A stretch of 64,000 nt of DNA from Macrostomum lignano (GCA_002269645.1 NIVC01000708.1:124001-188000); one strand, 5' to 3'. Numbered from the stretch's first letter, positions 41,237 through 56,733 are shown. The notes: a model not told the origin generated them from the sequence alone. Program-made: numbers and translations.

Positions 41237-44200
41237 ATGCGAGCTGTTTCCAAATTTCTATTGCTTCTGGCTGTTGCGCACACCACTGCTATCCAAGACT
41301 GTGAGTTGGAGTTGAGTTCGGGGGTTTCAACCAAGGCAATAAATTCTCAAATCGACAGCTTCATCACTGTTACTCGCAGGCAAAATAGAAATCCGCCGCA
41401 CGCGCGTTCTCAACTCGTGGCAGTCGTCCTTCGGCAACGGTCCAACTTGCTTCCACAACAGAACTGCATCGGAGGAAGCCGCTGTGCTCAGCAAGCCCAG
41501 CAGCAGCTACAGGTTTTTTCACAGCGGGGACGGCTCGGCAGCAGACGGCGGGTTTCACTGGTTCGCAGTGCAGCTGAGTGAGCCACTGCTCATCAGCTCA
41601 GTGACCCTGAAGGGCAGAGAATGTGAGTGGCACTGTGATGCAGCTCATGCGCGCACAGAGCTCGTTCGACTTGATTTTCTCAACTCATTCTAGACGGGAA
41701 ATCGTTCACTTACTCGAGAACCAGGGGATCGAAGTCTGGACAGCAGGAAGCAGCAGAGTGATGCTCTCGGGAGATCACTGCAGCTCCAGGAGCATGAGCA
41801 GCCAGTTCAGAGAGTCGCGGTGGTACTGGAGGCTGTGCGGCGTCACGGACGGCCAGCAAAGAAGCATCAGGGCTGGTGAGACACTGACGGTGAACTGCAC
41901 ACAGGATGTAAGTGTCTCAACCATTGGCATCAATAAACTGCAGTGTTCTAATGCTTCTTTTTTGAACAAGTTATTTTTCAAATCCAGGTCCGGTACTTAC
42001 TGTTGAGGCGTGACGTCAGAACTGCTGATCCTTCCATGACCCACGACTTCATGAGCTTTGCAGACTTCAGCCTGCAGACAATGGAGCTGAGTAAGTGCTT
42101 CGGATTGGACAGAACATGCTCACCTGGACACAGTTGATAGCAAATAGCAAAAATTCTGATCACGAAAATGTTCACGAAACTTGGCACGATTCACACCCAT
42201 AAGGCGCAACCCCCAAGGCACAGAGATTGCCGTCAGCATTATATCAATTACTAACTTTGCGAAGTGTCTTCCCCTCGTCTGCAGAAGTGTCTTCCCCTGA
42301 AGAGACGGTTAGAAACGACAATGTCTCAGTCAGCTGCTCACTGCACTGCAAAGGTACGAAAGTCGACGCGGAGACAAAAAGATTAAAACTCTGCTCTCCC
42401 CGTGGCAGCTGCACAGCTTCCAACGCGGTACACATCCCCAGAATCCAGTCAGAGGACTCAGGAAGTTACACCTGCAAGATTGGCACGGTCAGGAAGACCA
42501 CCAACCTCACCGTGTATTGTGAGGCGCTCTTCAATACTTTTTTCTCGAAATTATTTTCCTCCGCTTTTCAAACAACGGAAAATCCGAATGAATCCGAATC
42601 CGCAGACCCACCATCGAGAGTGGCGGTCTCAGTGCTGAACTCTCATAACTGCCAGAGTTTGACCCATGTGACCGTGCAGTTCACGTCTTCCTCATCGCAG
42701 CCCGTGTCTGAGCACAGATGCAACGCCAGAGTTGGAGTCAACTTGTGGAATCTCACACTGCTACTAGTAGTGCGTGCTCAAAATTGAGACAGTACTGACT
42801 GACTGACTGACTGACTGACTGACTGACTGACTGACTGACTGACTGACTGACTGACTGACTGACTGACTGACTGACTGACTGACTGACTGACTGACTGACT
42901 GACTGACTGACTGACTGACTGACTGACTGACTGACTGACTGACTGACTGACTGACTGACTGACTGACTGACTGACTGACTGACTGACTGACTGACTGACT
43001 GACTGACTGACTGACTGACTGACTGACTGACTGACTGACTGACTGACTGACTGACTGACTGACTGACTGACTGACTGACTGACTGACTGACTGACTGACT
43101 GACTGACTGACTGACTGACTGACTGACTGACTGACTGACTGACTGACTGACTGACTGACTGACTGACTGACTGACTGACTGACTGACTGACTGACTGACT
43201 GACTGACTGACTGACTGACTGACTGACTGACTGACTGACTGACTGACTGACTGACTGACTGACTGACTGACTGACTGACTGACTGACTGACTGACTGACT
43301 GACTGACTGACTGACTGACTGACTGACTGACTGACTGACTGACTGACTGACTGACTGACTGACTGACTGACTGACTGACTGACTGACTGACTGACTGACT
43401 GACTGACTGACTGACTGACTGACTGACTGACTGACTGACTGACTGACTGACTGACTGACTGACTGACTGACTGACTGACTGACTGACTGACTGACTGACT
43501 GACTGACTGACTGACTGACTGACTGACTGACTGACTGACTGACTGACTGACTGACTGACTGACTGACTGACTGACTGACTGACTGACTGACTGACTGACT
43601 GACTGACTGACTGACTGACTGACTGACTGACTGACTGACTGACTGACTGACTGACTGACTGACTGACTGACTGACTGACTGACTGACTGACTGACTGACT
43701 GACTGACTGACTGACTGACTGACTGACTGACTGACTGACTGACTGACTGACTGACTGACTGACTGACTGACTGACTGACTGACTGACTGACTGACTGACT
43801 GACTGACTGACTGACTGACTGACTGACTGACTGACTGACTGACTGACTGACTGACTGACTGACTGACTGACTGACTGACTGACTGACTGACTGACTGACT
43901 GACTGACTGACTGACTGACTGACTGACTGACTGACTGACTGACTGACTGACTGACTATTAACTGCAAATGTCGCTGCACTGCAGAGCAAGGACGGTTACG
44001 TCAGCAGATGGGTATTTCCTACTGATGACGTAAAGAGGCTAGATATCAGCAGCGCCATCATCACTTGCTCTGCCGTGCAGAGTTTTCCGAAGGGCATCCG
44101 TATTCAGGCTGTCCACACAGACTCAACATTCACGAGCTGTTGCAGCGGAAGTCTGGTGTCTACAGTACTGGTGCTGCACATCGCTATGGGATTTTGTTTT

Positions 44201-44876
44201 GGCTTCATCGCGGCCGCAGCCTCCGCGGCAGCCATCAGACTCCGAATGCTCAACCGGGTAAGTACACACTCACAATGTGGCTGACATTGTGCACCAGAGG
44301 AGGTTGCAGGCAGTTGACGAAACTTCTCGAAGATGCTGCGAGTTGTTAGAACCATCAATTTGGATTTCTGTTGCTCATCGATTTCATCAAGACGTCACTT
44401 GTGAAGTCGCTCGTCCGATTTCATCAAGACGTCACTTGTGAAGTCGCTCGTCCGATTTCATCAAGACGTCACTTGTGAAGTCGCTCGTCCGATTTCATCA
44501 AGACGTCACTTGTGAAGTCGCTCGTCCGATTTCATCAAGACGTCACTTGTGAAGTCGCTCGTCCGATTTCATCAAGACGTCACTTGTGAAGTCGCTCGTC
44601 CGATTTCATCAAGACGTCACTTGTGAAGTCGCTCGTCCGATTTCATCAAGACGTCACTTGTGAAGTCGCTCGTCCGATTTCATCAAGACGTCACTTGTGA
44701 AGTCGCTCGTCCAATTTCAGACAAGGCCGGACGCCTGCGGCTCTGCAGGCTGTGCCCGGCGGCGTCCAACGGCAGGGAGACCGGCCGCAGGGGGACCGGC
44801 GGCACCGCAGTCTGCATCTGAGTACGAGAATTCGGAGTACAAGCTGGAGAATGCGACTGGAATCTATATTCTGTGA
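41237..44876 (+). CDS. Receptor F: SP - lectin - 1 Ig - C2-like - TM - type-2 tail; apparent 1-nt deletion in lectin exon 2 (real or homopolymer error)
   Basis: Exons 41237-41300, 41380-41622, 41694-41907 (214 nt, needs 215; G-run near 41724-41727), 41988-42090, Ig 42285-42518, 42606-42769, 43985-44257 (TM), 44721-44876 (SEYENSEYKLENATGIYIL*). Confidence 0.72.
42794..43956. repeat. (GACT)n microsatellite, ~290 perfect units, in an intron of F
   Basis: Direct inspection. Confidence 0.99.
44380..44712. repeat. 37-bp minisatellite x9, directly upstream of the last exon of F
   Basis: Unit GATTTCATCAAGACGTCACTTGTGAAGTCGCTCGTCC. Confidence 0.97.
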
Positions 44877-45242
44877 TGATGGAGGCTGGTTGGAATACTG
44901 CAGGGACTGTGTTTGAGTAGTCCCTGGAATACTGTCTCATCTGTCTGATTGTGATATCACTGTTACACTTGAAACAGTTTCCAATACATGCATATCATTT
45001 TTTCATGCTACAAATTGTATCTAAATATTTACTTCAATATCACCTGCATATTCCAACGTAGTACAGGTGTGAGAGAGAAAACAGTAGCTTAAACTGTCAA
45101 AAAAATAATAACCGCCTCTTGCTTCGTCTTATGAAAAGTTTATTATCAATAAAATGCTATTTTAAAATTTAGAAGTTTTTTGAAGTCGTAGGAAACGCAA
45201 GGATATAGCATTTGATGCGACAGTCTCGATTGAGCCTCTTTA

Positions 45243-45991
<749 letters not shown>

Positions 45992-46329
45992 GTCTAGCCT
46001 CATTCGCGTCTGTCAGAGATTTTTATCGTCACATTTCGGAACACTCGAAAGGAAAGAATTACGGGCAGTCAGTAATTCGGACAAATCCGGACAAATTCGG
46101 ACAAATTCGGACATGATATATTCGGACACTACGAGCGCAAAGTTGGAATGGATTCAGCTTCCATTGCTGACACTCTCAAAGAGTCTGAGTTCGCTTCAGA
46201 ACCTGCTTTTTCCCTCATGATGTTGATCAACAAAAAAGGAGGCAAGAGATAGAGCGTGTTTACACTGATAGCCTATCAAGGCCTTAACCACTGAGAATAG
46301 CTCCGCTGCTACAGTATATTAATGCCACC

Positions 46330-46993
46330 GCAGTGTGCAATCTCTCTCAGTCCTTAACAGGATTAGAATTATCTGGACACCCGGTCACAGCAATATCCTG
46401 GGCAACGAGCTCGCGGACTTTCTCACCAAGGAGGGCAGCAACCAAGACGGCAACCACCGTCGGATGAGGCTACCCATTCCCAGGTCGCAAATCACCCGCC
46501 ATATCAACAGGTGGCTCCATCAGCAGCACCAGCTCCACTGGAACAGCTGCACCGACTACAGGCAGACCCGCTCTGCCATGCCTAACCTGAGCAGGAAAGT
46601 CTCTGATTATCTTATCTCGCTTAACAGAACCGACCTCAGGGAGGTGTGCATGGTCCTAACCGGCCATGGATTCTTCCAGAGACATATCTCGTTGCAAACC
46701 GGTTGCCCTCCCACCTGTCCTTTCTGTGGCATAGGAGAGGAGACCGCGGAGCATCACGTCACCTTCTGCCCTTACTTCAACAAGGCGCGGCACAAATACC
46801 TCGGCCACCCCCAGCGGATGGACGAGCTGAGAACCCCGGACAATATCCGTGACTTTCGCACCTTCGATGAACCTGCCGACTACTGGCGGGGACTGGGCGC
46901 ATCCCCAGGGTCGCTTTTACCTTGGGGTTGCGATAGGGGCCTCGCGGACTATTCGCGGCCCCTGCGCCCCCCGTCAGTAGTAAGTAAGTAAGT
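46330..46993 (+). mobile_element. 5'-truncated RNase-H-bearing non-LTR retrotransposon 3' end (I-group-like)
   Basis: ORF 46335-46991: RNase H C-terminus [28 protein letters not shown], zinc finger [16 protein letters not shown]; (GTAA)n tail. Confidence 0.88.
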
Positions 46994-47398
46994 CAGGATT
47001 CAGGAGTCAGGATTCAGGAGTCAGGAGTCAGGAGTAAGGAATCAGGAGTCAGGATTCAGGAGTCAGGAGTCAGGATTCAGGAGTCAGGAGTAAGGAATCA
47101 GGAGTCAGGAGTCAGGAGTCAGGAGTAAGGAATCAGGAGTCAGGAGTCAGGAATCAGGAGTCAGCAGTCAGGAATCAGGAGTCAGGAGTAAGGAATCAGG
47201 AGTCAGGAGTCAGGATTCAGGAGTCAGGAGTCAGGAATCAGGAGTCAGGATTCAGGAGTCAGGAGTCAGGATTCAGGAGTCAGGATTCAGGATTCAGGAG
47301 TCAGGAGTCAGGATTCAGGAGTCAGGAGTCAGGATTCAGGAGTCAGGAGTCAGGATTCAGGAGTCAGGAGTCAGGAGTCAGCAGTCAGGAGTCAGGAA

Positions 47399-47432
<34 letters not shown>

Positions 47433-47433
47433 A

Positions 47434-47467
<34 letters not shown>

Positions 47468-47531
47468 ATCAGGAGTCAGGAGTCAGGAATCAGGAGTCAG
47501 GATTCAGGAGTCAGGATTCAGGAGTAAGGAA

Positions 47532-47572
<41 letters not shown>

Positions 47573-47573
47573 A

Positions 47574-47609
<36 letters not shown>

Positions 47610-47615
47610 AAGGAA

Positions 47616-47663
<48 letters not shown>

Positions 47664-47706
47664 ATCAGGATTCAGGAGTCAAGAATCAGGAATCAGGAGT
47701 AAGGAA

Positions 47707-47796
<90 letters not shown>

Positions 47797-47825
47797 ATCA
47801 GGATTCAGGAGTCAAGAATCAGGAA

Positions 47826-47880
<55 letters not shown>

Positions 47881-47895
47881 ATCAGGAGTCAGGAA

Positions 47896-47929
<34 letters not shown>

Positions 47930-47958
47930 ATCAGGATTCAGGAGTCAAGAATCAGGAA

Positions 47959-47992
<34 letters not shown>

Positions 47993-48021
47993 ATCAGGAG
48001 TCAGGAGTCAGGAATCAGGAT

Positions 48022-48062
<41 letters not shown>

Positions 48063-48070
48063 ATCAGGAT

Positions 48071-48104
<34 letters not shown>

Positions 48105-48133
48105 ATCAGGAGTCAGGAGTCAGGAATCAGGAT

Positions 48134-48181
<48 letters not shown>

Positions 48182-48203
48182 ATCAGGAGTCAGGAATCAG
48201 GAT

Positions 48204-48241
<38 letters not shown>

Positions 48242-48252
48242 AGAATCAGGAA

Positions 48253-48286
<34 letters not shown>

Positions 48287-48315
48287 ATCAGGAGTCAGGA
48301 GTCAGGAATCAGGAT

Positions 48316-48356
<41 letters not shown>

Positions 48357-48385
48357 ATCAGGATTCAGGAGTCAAGAATCAGGAA

Positions 48386-48419
<34 letters not shown>

Positions 48420-48448
48420 ATCAGGAGTCAGGAGTCAGGAATCAGGAT

Positions 48449-48503
<55 letters not shown>

Positions 48504-48523
48504 ATCAGGAGTCAGGAGTCAGG
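46994..48523. repeat. (GGAGTCA/GGAATCA/GGATTCA)n 7-bp satellite between genes F and G
   Basis: Direct inspection. Confidence 0.98.
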
Positions 48524-48924
48524 ATTTTTGTTTTCACATTTTTGCTGCACTCGGAAAGATTTAAATTAAGGGCAGTCAGTAATCCGGACAAAGTCGGGGA
48601 AGTCCGGACAAAGTCGGACAGTATATCCGAAACTACGAGCGCTGGGTCGGAATCGAGCTTCCATTGCTGGCACTCTGCCTGAGCTTTCTGTTGATTTGGT
48701 TCCTGAACTTCCTCTTTTCCTCATGATCAACAGAACAGCAGGTAAGATGGCGAGTTTTTACTAAAAAATTCCACAGTTGACTATGTTTAAAATCAAAATT
48801 TCATTCACCAAAAATATCTTAGATTCAACTTCAGCTGTGTAAATTTCAACGCGGCACGGAGTATTCGAGATTGGTAGGCATTCAAATTTTGACATAATAC
48901 ATTAATAAATAATAAATCAAGCTA

Positions 48925-49248
48925 GTTTTTTTTATTAGAGGCAGGGGGGTTGTGTGCACCCTGGCGCACTTTAAGCGACATAGGCACACAACCGGCGAGA
49001 GGCATTGCTGCCCATTCCGCCGACTCCCCTGAGCAGGCATACAAGCGCGCGGATACCTACGCAGGCACACGCTCACACAGGAGTGTACAGCGGCCCTAAC
49101 TTTATTTATCGTTAGGCATGTACACTTCACTGCGCCTTGGGGGGTTGGCTCTCAAGGCCGTTAATTGCACGAGCAGAGCCAAGCCGAGATTCCAATTCAG
49201 CCCCAAATTAATGTGACTGCACTTGGAATCGAGCCTGGGTCGCTGGCA
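48925..49248 (-). mobile_element. Second copy of the SINE-like repeat (inverted relative to 27951-28245)
   Basis: Reverse complement aligns with 27951-28245, with a ~27-nt insert. Confidence 0.65.
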
Positions 49249-49482
49249 CGCTGGCTACGCCCCCCCCCCCTAAATCAAGCTAGTTACCTTTCAGTTTATT
49301 TCCAGCTTCCGGTAGAAGGAACTGGCCCACGGCAGTGTCTATGCGCGATGGCTTGCGACTGCTTGGGGGAACTTCGCACAGGACGAACTTTTGCACAAAA
49401 ACAGCCGCGGCTGACAATTCTGGACCCGCACAACTTGGCTGAGAGGCTTGGATTAAGAATTACAGCCTTGTCATCGACACCT

Positions 49483-52400
49483 ATGAAGCTGACTCTGCTG
49501 CTGCTGCTGCTGCTGGCATTGCTCTGCGCACGAGCGACTGACACGTGTGAGTTGAGTGCCGGTTTGTTGTAATCGCAGACAGAGAGCACTGCTCATCCCC
49601 ATTGCTCCAACTTGCAGGCGAGTTCCCAATTCGTTGGAGCCGCGTGCTGAGCACCTGGCAGTCGTCCTTTGGAATCATCTTTGGAGAACCCACGTGTTTC
49701 TACCAACGAAGCAGGTCGCGTGAGGATTCCTTACTAAACAATATAAGATACAAATTCTTCCACAGCAAAGGGCAGGGCGAGGCAGACGGCGGGTTTCACT
49801 GGTTCGCAGTGCAGCTGAATGAGACAGTGCTCATCAGATCTGTGACTGTGAAGGGCAGAGGCGGTGAGTCACACACTCAAATGCGGGCTCCAAGCCAGCT
49901 GTCTCTGCTCACGGTGCTCTCACATTCCAGATAAAGCATCGCATGTCTTTGAAAGAGCCAGAAGCATTGAGATCTGGACATCAGACAGCAGCAGTCAGCT
50001 GTTCTCAGGAGATCACTGCAGCTCAAGGAACATGAGCAGCCAGTTCAGAGAGTCCCAGCAGCACTGGAGACTGTGTGGGGTCACGGAGAGCAACAATTCA
50101 CAGATCGCGGCTGGGGAGATCTTCACAGTGAACTGCGTTGCAGAGGTGAGTTTTGGAGCGAGTTCTGGTAACCATCGCAACCGATTTCGCAACACCAACG
50201 CAACCACTTCAGGTGCGGCAGTTGCTTCTGCGAAGAAACGTTACAGCTGCTTCAACTGACCACGGCTTCATGAGCTTCGCGGACCTGCGGCTTCAAACGC
50301 TCCCGCTGAGTAAAAGCAGCTGTTCTCAAATGTTTGCTTCTTTGATTACGCGAAAAAAAACAGTTATTGAGCCCTCTAATTTTATCTGAGATGGGATACT
50401 CCCCTTTGCCTGAAGTCCTCAAAAAAGAAGATGCTAGCATGTTCCCTTTTACCATTTAGCCTGTACAGTAATAAGTTTTTCAACCGAGACTGCTAGGATA
50501 GATTTATCAGTGCTCATTAAAAATTGATCCAAACATCTCGCTTTCAGACATTTCAAGCCCTCAACTGGTGGCAGAGCAGTCCAGCTTTGAAGTTCGCTGC
50601 TCTCTGCAATGCGATGGAGCTGATCACCTGAGCACACACTCAGCCAAGTTGCAGCTGTGCTCACCAAACGGCAGCTGCACCGTCAGGAACCAGCTGAAGG
50701 TCGACAGAGCTCAGCCATCGCACTCTGGAGTTTACACCTGCAGAATTGGCTCGATAAATCAATCGCAATCCTATGTGAGAGCCTGATGTAGTTTGAGTTT
50801 GCTCTTATTAGTTCCTTAAATATTAACCTGCCTGTCACAGTTAAAATGTTCCTATAAATTAAATATAGACAGCTTTTAATACGGAGACCTTGATCATGCC
50901 ATTTCGTATCGCATTCCAGCGTCATCACCAAACCAAGTGGTTGCTGAGAACTCCAGCCTCACGCTGAACTGCACTCTGCACTGCGGAGGCGGCGATGCAG
51001 CTCAGTGCGCAGACTCCGCTGCTGTCGGACAGCTGCTGCTGTGTCGCCCCAACACGACCTGCACAGCACAGACGAGTCTGCAGATCCCAGCGGCAACTCC
51101 AACACAATCGGGAGACTACAACTGCAGCATTGGACAGGTGGTTGCTGTCACAAGTGTGGCTGTTCTCTGTGAGTAGCAGCTTTGCACCTGAGTGGTCAGT
51201 CACTGTCTGCATGTACATCGCTGACAAATGAAGTCATTCCTGTTTGTTATTTTACAGCTGCAACGCCGCATCAAGTGGTCCCTGAGGGCTCCAGCCTTAA
51301 CCTGAGCTGCGTACTGCATCATGCGGGCTCAGCTGATTTCCGCCAGCCTCAGCTGTGCTACCCGAACGGCAGCTGCTCAGCCGAGAGCTCGATAAGCGTT
51401 GCCAGTGCCAGGCCATCGAACTCCGGTCTCTACAGGTGTCGGCTCGGCTCACTGGAAATACCGTCACTTGTTGCTGTGCTGTGTAAGTTGCTCAGATCAT
51501 CTTACACTTTCTTGCACTCTCAGTTTCTGAACAAGAACTGATCAGTTTCTCTGTGGATCAGTAAGTGATCAGTCTCCAGATTCATTCTTGTACAAAAGTA
51601 AGAGTTTCTCTACTGACAAGTGTAGCATGCTTAAGCAGGCAGTTCGGGCACCTATAGTTTGCACTCCGTGACCCCCACCCAGCCTATCCACTTCCCTCTG
51701 CTCGAGCACATCCCAACGCGCACTCAATGAACTGGTAATCTGTGTTCTACCAGACAACACTCGTTAATATACAGACACAGCCACATTCTATTTCTCCACC
51801 TTTTTGAGTGGCTAACTATGCACTCGCAACAACCAGCTAGAGTTGCTCGCTACAACAAGTAGAAAGCAATGAGTGTGGCGATTTATTTCTGCATGCAAGG
51901 CAAAAAATGTGACCAAGTAAGAGAGCAGAGTTCTGGTAGGAGTTCCGACTTGAGCTTGGATGAAGGCGTACGAGTATGAACATGATCAGAAAAATCCATC
52001 TCAGGGTCGATATTCTACTCGTACTTTTAAGCAGCTGTGCACTCCAAGTGGGGACCGCCGACACAATCAGCAGATTCACATTGCTCATGTGAAACATCTG
52101 TCAAAATTACTTCAAGTCGCTGTTCTGAGTGAGTCATTGATTAGCTTAAAATGCTTTCACTAAAGATGACAAGGATGCATTCGATGGGACACGCAGATTT
52201 TTTCCACCCAAGAACTTCCATTTCAATAGAATAGAAATAGGCTCAGCTTGAATACATTTATGAATCTGAACTTTATTAAATTCCCAGCTTCATCTCCAAG
52301 CCAGAAAGTTTCCGAAAACGCAAACTTCACCGTGAGCTGCTCGCTGCACTGCGGAAATGCATCGCAATGCTCAGATCGCTTATTGGGTGGCGACCTCCGG

Positions 52401-55400
52401 CTGTGCCCTCCGAATGGGAGCTGCCTGACAAATTCAAGTCTGCAAGTGGACAGAGCTCAGGCAATGCACTCCGGAGTTTATACTTGCAGATATGACGTCA
52501 TTGAGATCGAGACAGAAGTCTTTGTTCTTTGTAAGTAGAAAGTAGGCTGCCTTCAGAATCTTGTTGCTCAGTATTGCTCAATGTTGCTCAGTGTTGCTCA
52601 GTGTTGCTCAATGTTGCTCAGTGTTGCTCAGTGTTGCTCAGTGTTGCTCAGTGTTGCTCAATGTTGCTCAATGTTGCTCAATGTTGCTCAATGTTGCTCA
52701 ATGTTGCTCAATGTTGCTCAATGTTGCTCAATGTTGCTCAATGTTGCTCAATGTTGCTCAGTGTTGCTCAATGTTGCTCAGTGTTGCTCAGTGTTGCTCA
52801 ATGTTGCTCAGTGTTGCTCAATGTTGCTCAGTGTTGCTCAGTGTTGCTCAATGTTGCTCAGTGTTGCTTAGTGTTGCTCAGTGTTGCTCAATGTTGCTCA
52901 GTGTTGCTCAATGTTGCTCAGTGTTGCTCAATGTTGCTCAGTGTTGCTCAGTGTTGCTCAATGTTGCTCAGTGTTGCTCAATGTTGCTCAGTGTTGCTCA
53001 GTGTTGCTCAATGTTGCTCAATGTTGCTCAGTGTTGCTCAATGTTGCTCAATGTTGCTCAGTGTTGCTCAGTGTTGCTTAGTGTTGCTCAATGTTGCTCA
53101 GTGTTTCTCAGTGTTGCTCAGTGTTGCTCAGTGTTGCTCAGTGTTGCTCAATGTTGCTCAGTGTTGCTCAGTGTTGCTCAGTGTTGCTCAGTGTTGCTCA
53201 ATGTTGCTCAATGTTGCTCAATTTCACAATCGATTAACTCACCTTCATCAGGTGAGTTCCCAATTCGGCGAAGTCGCATTCTGAGTTCGTGGCAGTCCTC
53301 ATTCGACGATGGTCCGACGTGTTTCCACAGCAGGAATCAGGCAGACGAAGCCTCCATCATCAGCAACAGGCAAACCAGCTACAAGTTCTTCCACAGCGCC
53401 AACAGAAGCCAAGCAGACGGCGGGTTTCACTGGTTCGCCGTGCAGCTGAATGAGCCAGTGATCATCAGATCTGTGACTTTGAAGGGCAGAGAGGGTGAGT
53501 GAAAGACAACTTACTGCTTCTTTCTGCCTTAGGCTTCTGTAAAGACTGAGTCTCCTGCTCTGAAGATTCCACCGTACAGTAATATGTTTCAGTAAGATCA
53601 AAAGTAACTCCTCATCTTATTTTCAGACGGTGTGATGTATAATTATAATCGAGCAAAGGACATTGAAATATTTACCTCCAACTGTAGCAGCTCCCTGATC
53701 CATGGGGACAACTGCAACATCAGAAATATAAGCCTTCAGTTTAAAAATTCGATGCACCATTGGAGGCCATGCGGCGTGACTAAAAAGCAGGGAGACTTCG
53801 CAGATGGGGAAATGTTTCACGTGAAATGCGTTGCTGAGGTAAAAATATTTCAAATGTCTGCAGTGATTTGAGTCTTATGGTCTCTTAAAGCAACCTGAAA
53901 TGATGAGCATTTAAACTGCAGGTCCGAAGTCTACTCCTGCGAAGAAACGTGTCTAAAGACACGGACGGGCACATGAGCTTTGCTGACCTGAGGCTTCAGA
54001 CTGGGCAAATCAGTAAGATTTCTCGACTGTCATGAGTTGTGTCCAAGTCCTGGTATGTGTGCTAAGTTGAAACGCTGAAAGTACGAGCTGTAAGCAAAAT
54101 GACTGAATTTCGTCTCAAAGGTGTCTCAAAAATTGCATTTCAGAAGTCGAGAGCCCCAAGGCGGTGCTGCAGCACTCAGCATTCTCAGTGCGCTGCCTGT
54201 TGGACTGCAACGGTCGAACCGAATACTCACCAGAGTTGGAGCTCTGCTTTCCAAACGGAAGCTGCGTTGGACAAGCTGAAGCCGTCATTCACAGGGCGAA
54301 ACTGTGGCACCATGGCAGCTACACGTGCAAGCTGGGCAGCTCGCGGAGCTCAAAGTTCTTAACGGTGTTTTGTAAGTTGATTCCTGCCTCTGGATGACAG
54401 TCGATTGATTAGCATTTGGTAAGCAGCGTTTCACTGGGACTCCTCTCGTACACAGATTGGGACAAAATTCTCAGTGTATGCTCACAAGGAGTGCAAGCTT
54501 AAGGCTGACTGGTGGCAGTAGGAGCAGCCATCAACGGCAGCAGATCAGGCTGCATTTCAGGTCACTTCCCTATTAGCCTTTTATCCTTACAGGGTATGTC
54601 AACTAAGTCCGGAAAGGGAAACGGATTGTCAAAGGGATGGTTTCTCTCTCGGACGCCATTATTGGATCCACCAACCAGTGTAGAACGATCGATGGAGATG
54701 TGTACATATTCAAAATATTCACATAGACTTTTGCATTCAAATGATGTGGAGTAACTTCTATTCATCTTCGGTACGGTATTCAATACGTATCGATCCACGG
54801 CCTAAATAGGTTTGAAAAAATCATGAAAACCATCAGATAACTGAAAAGCTTATTGATCGAACTTGATGAACTCCATTCCCCTTTTTAATATGCTCACAGA
54901 CCCGCCATCAAGCGCATCAATTTCTGTACTCAATCTGCCAACCTGCGAGAACTCATCCGACGTATTGGTACAGTTCGCATCGTCTGCATCTCTACCAGTG
55001 CCCGAGCACAGATGCGGCGCTGTTGGTGGCGGATTGGAAGTGCGAAACCTCACGCAGCTGTCATTTGTAAATTGCTTGCATTTTGCAATTTCACACTATG
55101 AGTGACTATCCGCTGACATGCTGACCAGCGAGCTTCATCAATTCCAGAGCTCGAGTGGAGACGGTTGGGTCAGCACGTGGGCACTGGCGATCGGGGGGAA
55201 GCTGAGCTCAGAGTGGCTTGTGGGCCTCGTCGAGTGCAGCGCAGTGCAGAATCTGCCGCCGGAGATCCGGTTCAAGACCGAGCACAGGGCCTCAGCTTGC
55301 TACAGCTGCGGCAATCACAAAGGTCTCATCAAACCTGATGTGCAGTCCTTACGCATGTACATTTCACAGTTCCTGTACGGATTTCTAACAGCAACTGCTC

Positions 55401-55757
55401 TGCTAAGTGTGCTCTTGCTTGTCTTGGGCTCGGTGAGTAACCCCTCTCTCTACATTATATTTTCCGTCTCTGTGCTCTAAGCTGCCGTGTTGCATCTGCT
55501 AAATTCAGTTTTCAGTCATCAAATTCAGAGTAAAGAAGTCGTGGAAAAAACAAACTATTCCAATGGTAAGCTTTGGTTTTCTCATTCTGTACAGTCGACT
55601 CAAACTGTGACAGCTAAAGTTCGAACTCTTTGCGCTTTAGTCCGATCGATCCACGACGCCCGGATCTGGAGCACCGGTTGCTGCCGCTTCTGCTGCCATG
55701 GAGTATGAGAACTCTGGTTACAACCTGGAGGATGCTACTGGTGTCTACGTGATCTGA
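49483..55757 (+). CDS. Receptor G: SP - L1 - 4 Ig (first frameshifted) - L2 - Ig - C2-like - TM - type-2 tail
   Basis: SP 49483-49546; L1 49618-49863, 49931-50145, 50213-50309; Ig 50548-50774 (227 nt, apparent 10-nt deletion), 50920-51168, 51258-51482, 52288-52530; L2 53252-53494, 53627-53838, 53922-54012; Ig 54144-54371; 54900-55066; 55148-55432 (TM); 55509-55565; 55641-55757 (MEYENSGYNLEDATGVYVI*). Intact if the first Ig exon is skipped. Confidence 0.75.
52562..53221. repeat. 10-bp tandem (TGTTGCTCA[AG])n upstream of lectin L2 of G
   Basis: Direct inspection. Confidence 0.97.
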
Positions 55758-55778
55758 GGGTTTTCAAGCTGGCAAAGT

Positions 55779-56733
55779 GATCCTGATCCTGATCCTGATA
55801 CCGATCCTGATCCTGATCCTGATCCTGATCCTGATCCTGATCCTGATCCTGATCCTGATTCTGATCCTGATCCTAATCCTGTTCCTGTCCTGATCCTGAT
55901 CCTGTCCTGATCCTGTCCTGATCCTGATCCTGGATCCTGATCCTGATCCTGATCCTGATCCTGATCCTGATCCTGATCCTGATCCTGATCCTGATCCCGA
56001 TCCTGATCCTGATCCTGATCCTGTTCCTGTCCTGATCCTGATCCTGTCCTGATCCTGTCCTGATCCTGGATCCTGATCCTGATCCTGATCCTGATCCTGA
56101 TCCTGATCTTGATCCCGATCCTGATCCTGATCCTGTCCTGATCCTGATCCTGTCCTGATCCTGTCCTGATCCTGGATCCTGATCCTGATCCTGATCCTGA
56201 TCCTGATCCTGATCCTGATCCCGATCCTGATCCTGATCCTGTCCTGATCCCGATCCCGATCCTGATCCTGATCCCGATCCTGATCCTGATCCTGATCTTG
56301 ATCCCGATCCTGTCCTGATCCTGATCCTGATCCTGATCCTGATCCTGATCCCGATCCTGATCCCGATCCTGATCCTGATCCTGTCCTGATCCCGATCCCG
56401 ATCCTGATCCTGATCCCGATCCTGATCCTGATCCTGATCCTGATCTTGATCCCGATCCTGTCCTGATCCTGATCCTGATCCTGATCCTGATCCCGATCCT
56501 GATCCTGATCCTGATCCTGATCCCGATCCTGATCCTGATCCTGATCCTGATCTTGATCCCGATCCTGTCCTGATCCTGATCCTGATCCTGATCCTGATCC
56601 TGATCCTGATCCTGATCCTGATCCTGATCCTGATCCTGATCCTGATCCTTATCCTGTCCTGATCCCGATCCTGGTCCTGATCCTGATCCTGATCCTGATC
56701 CTGATCCTTATCCTGATCCTGATCCTGATCCTG
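55779..56733. repeat. (GATCCT)n satellite immediately 3' of gene G
   Basis: Direct inspection. Confidence 0.98.
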
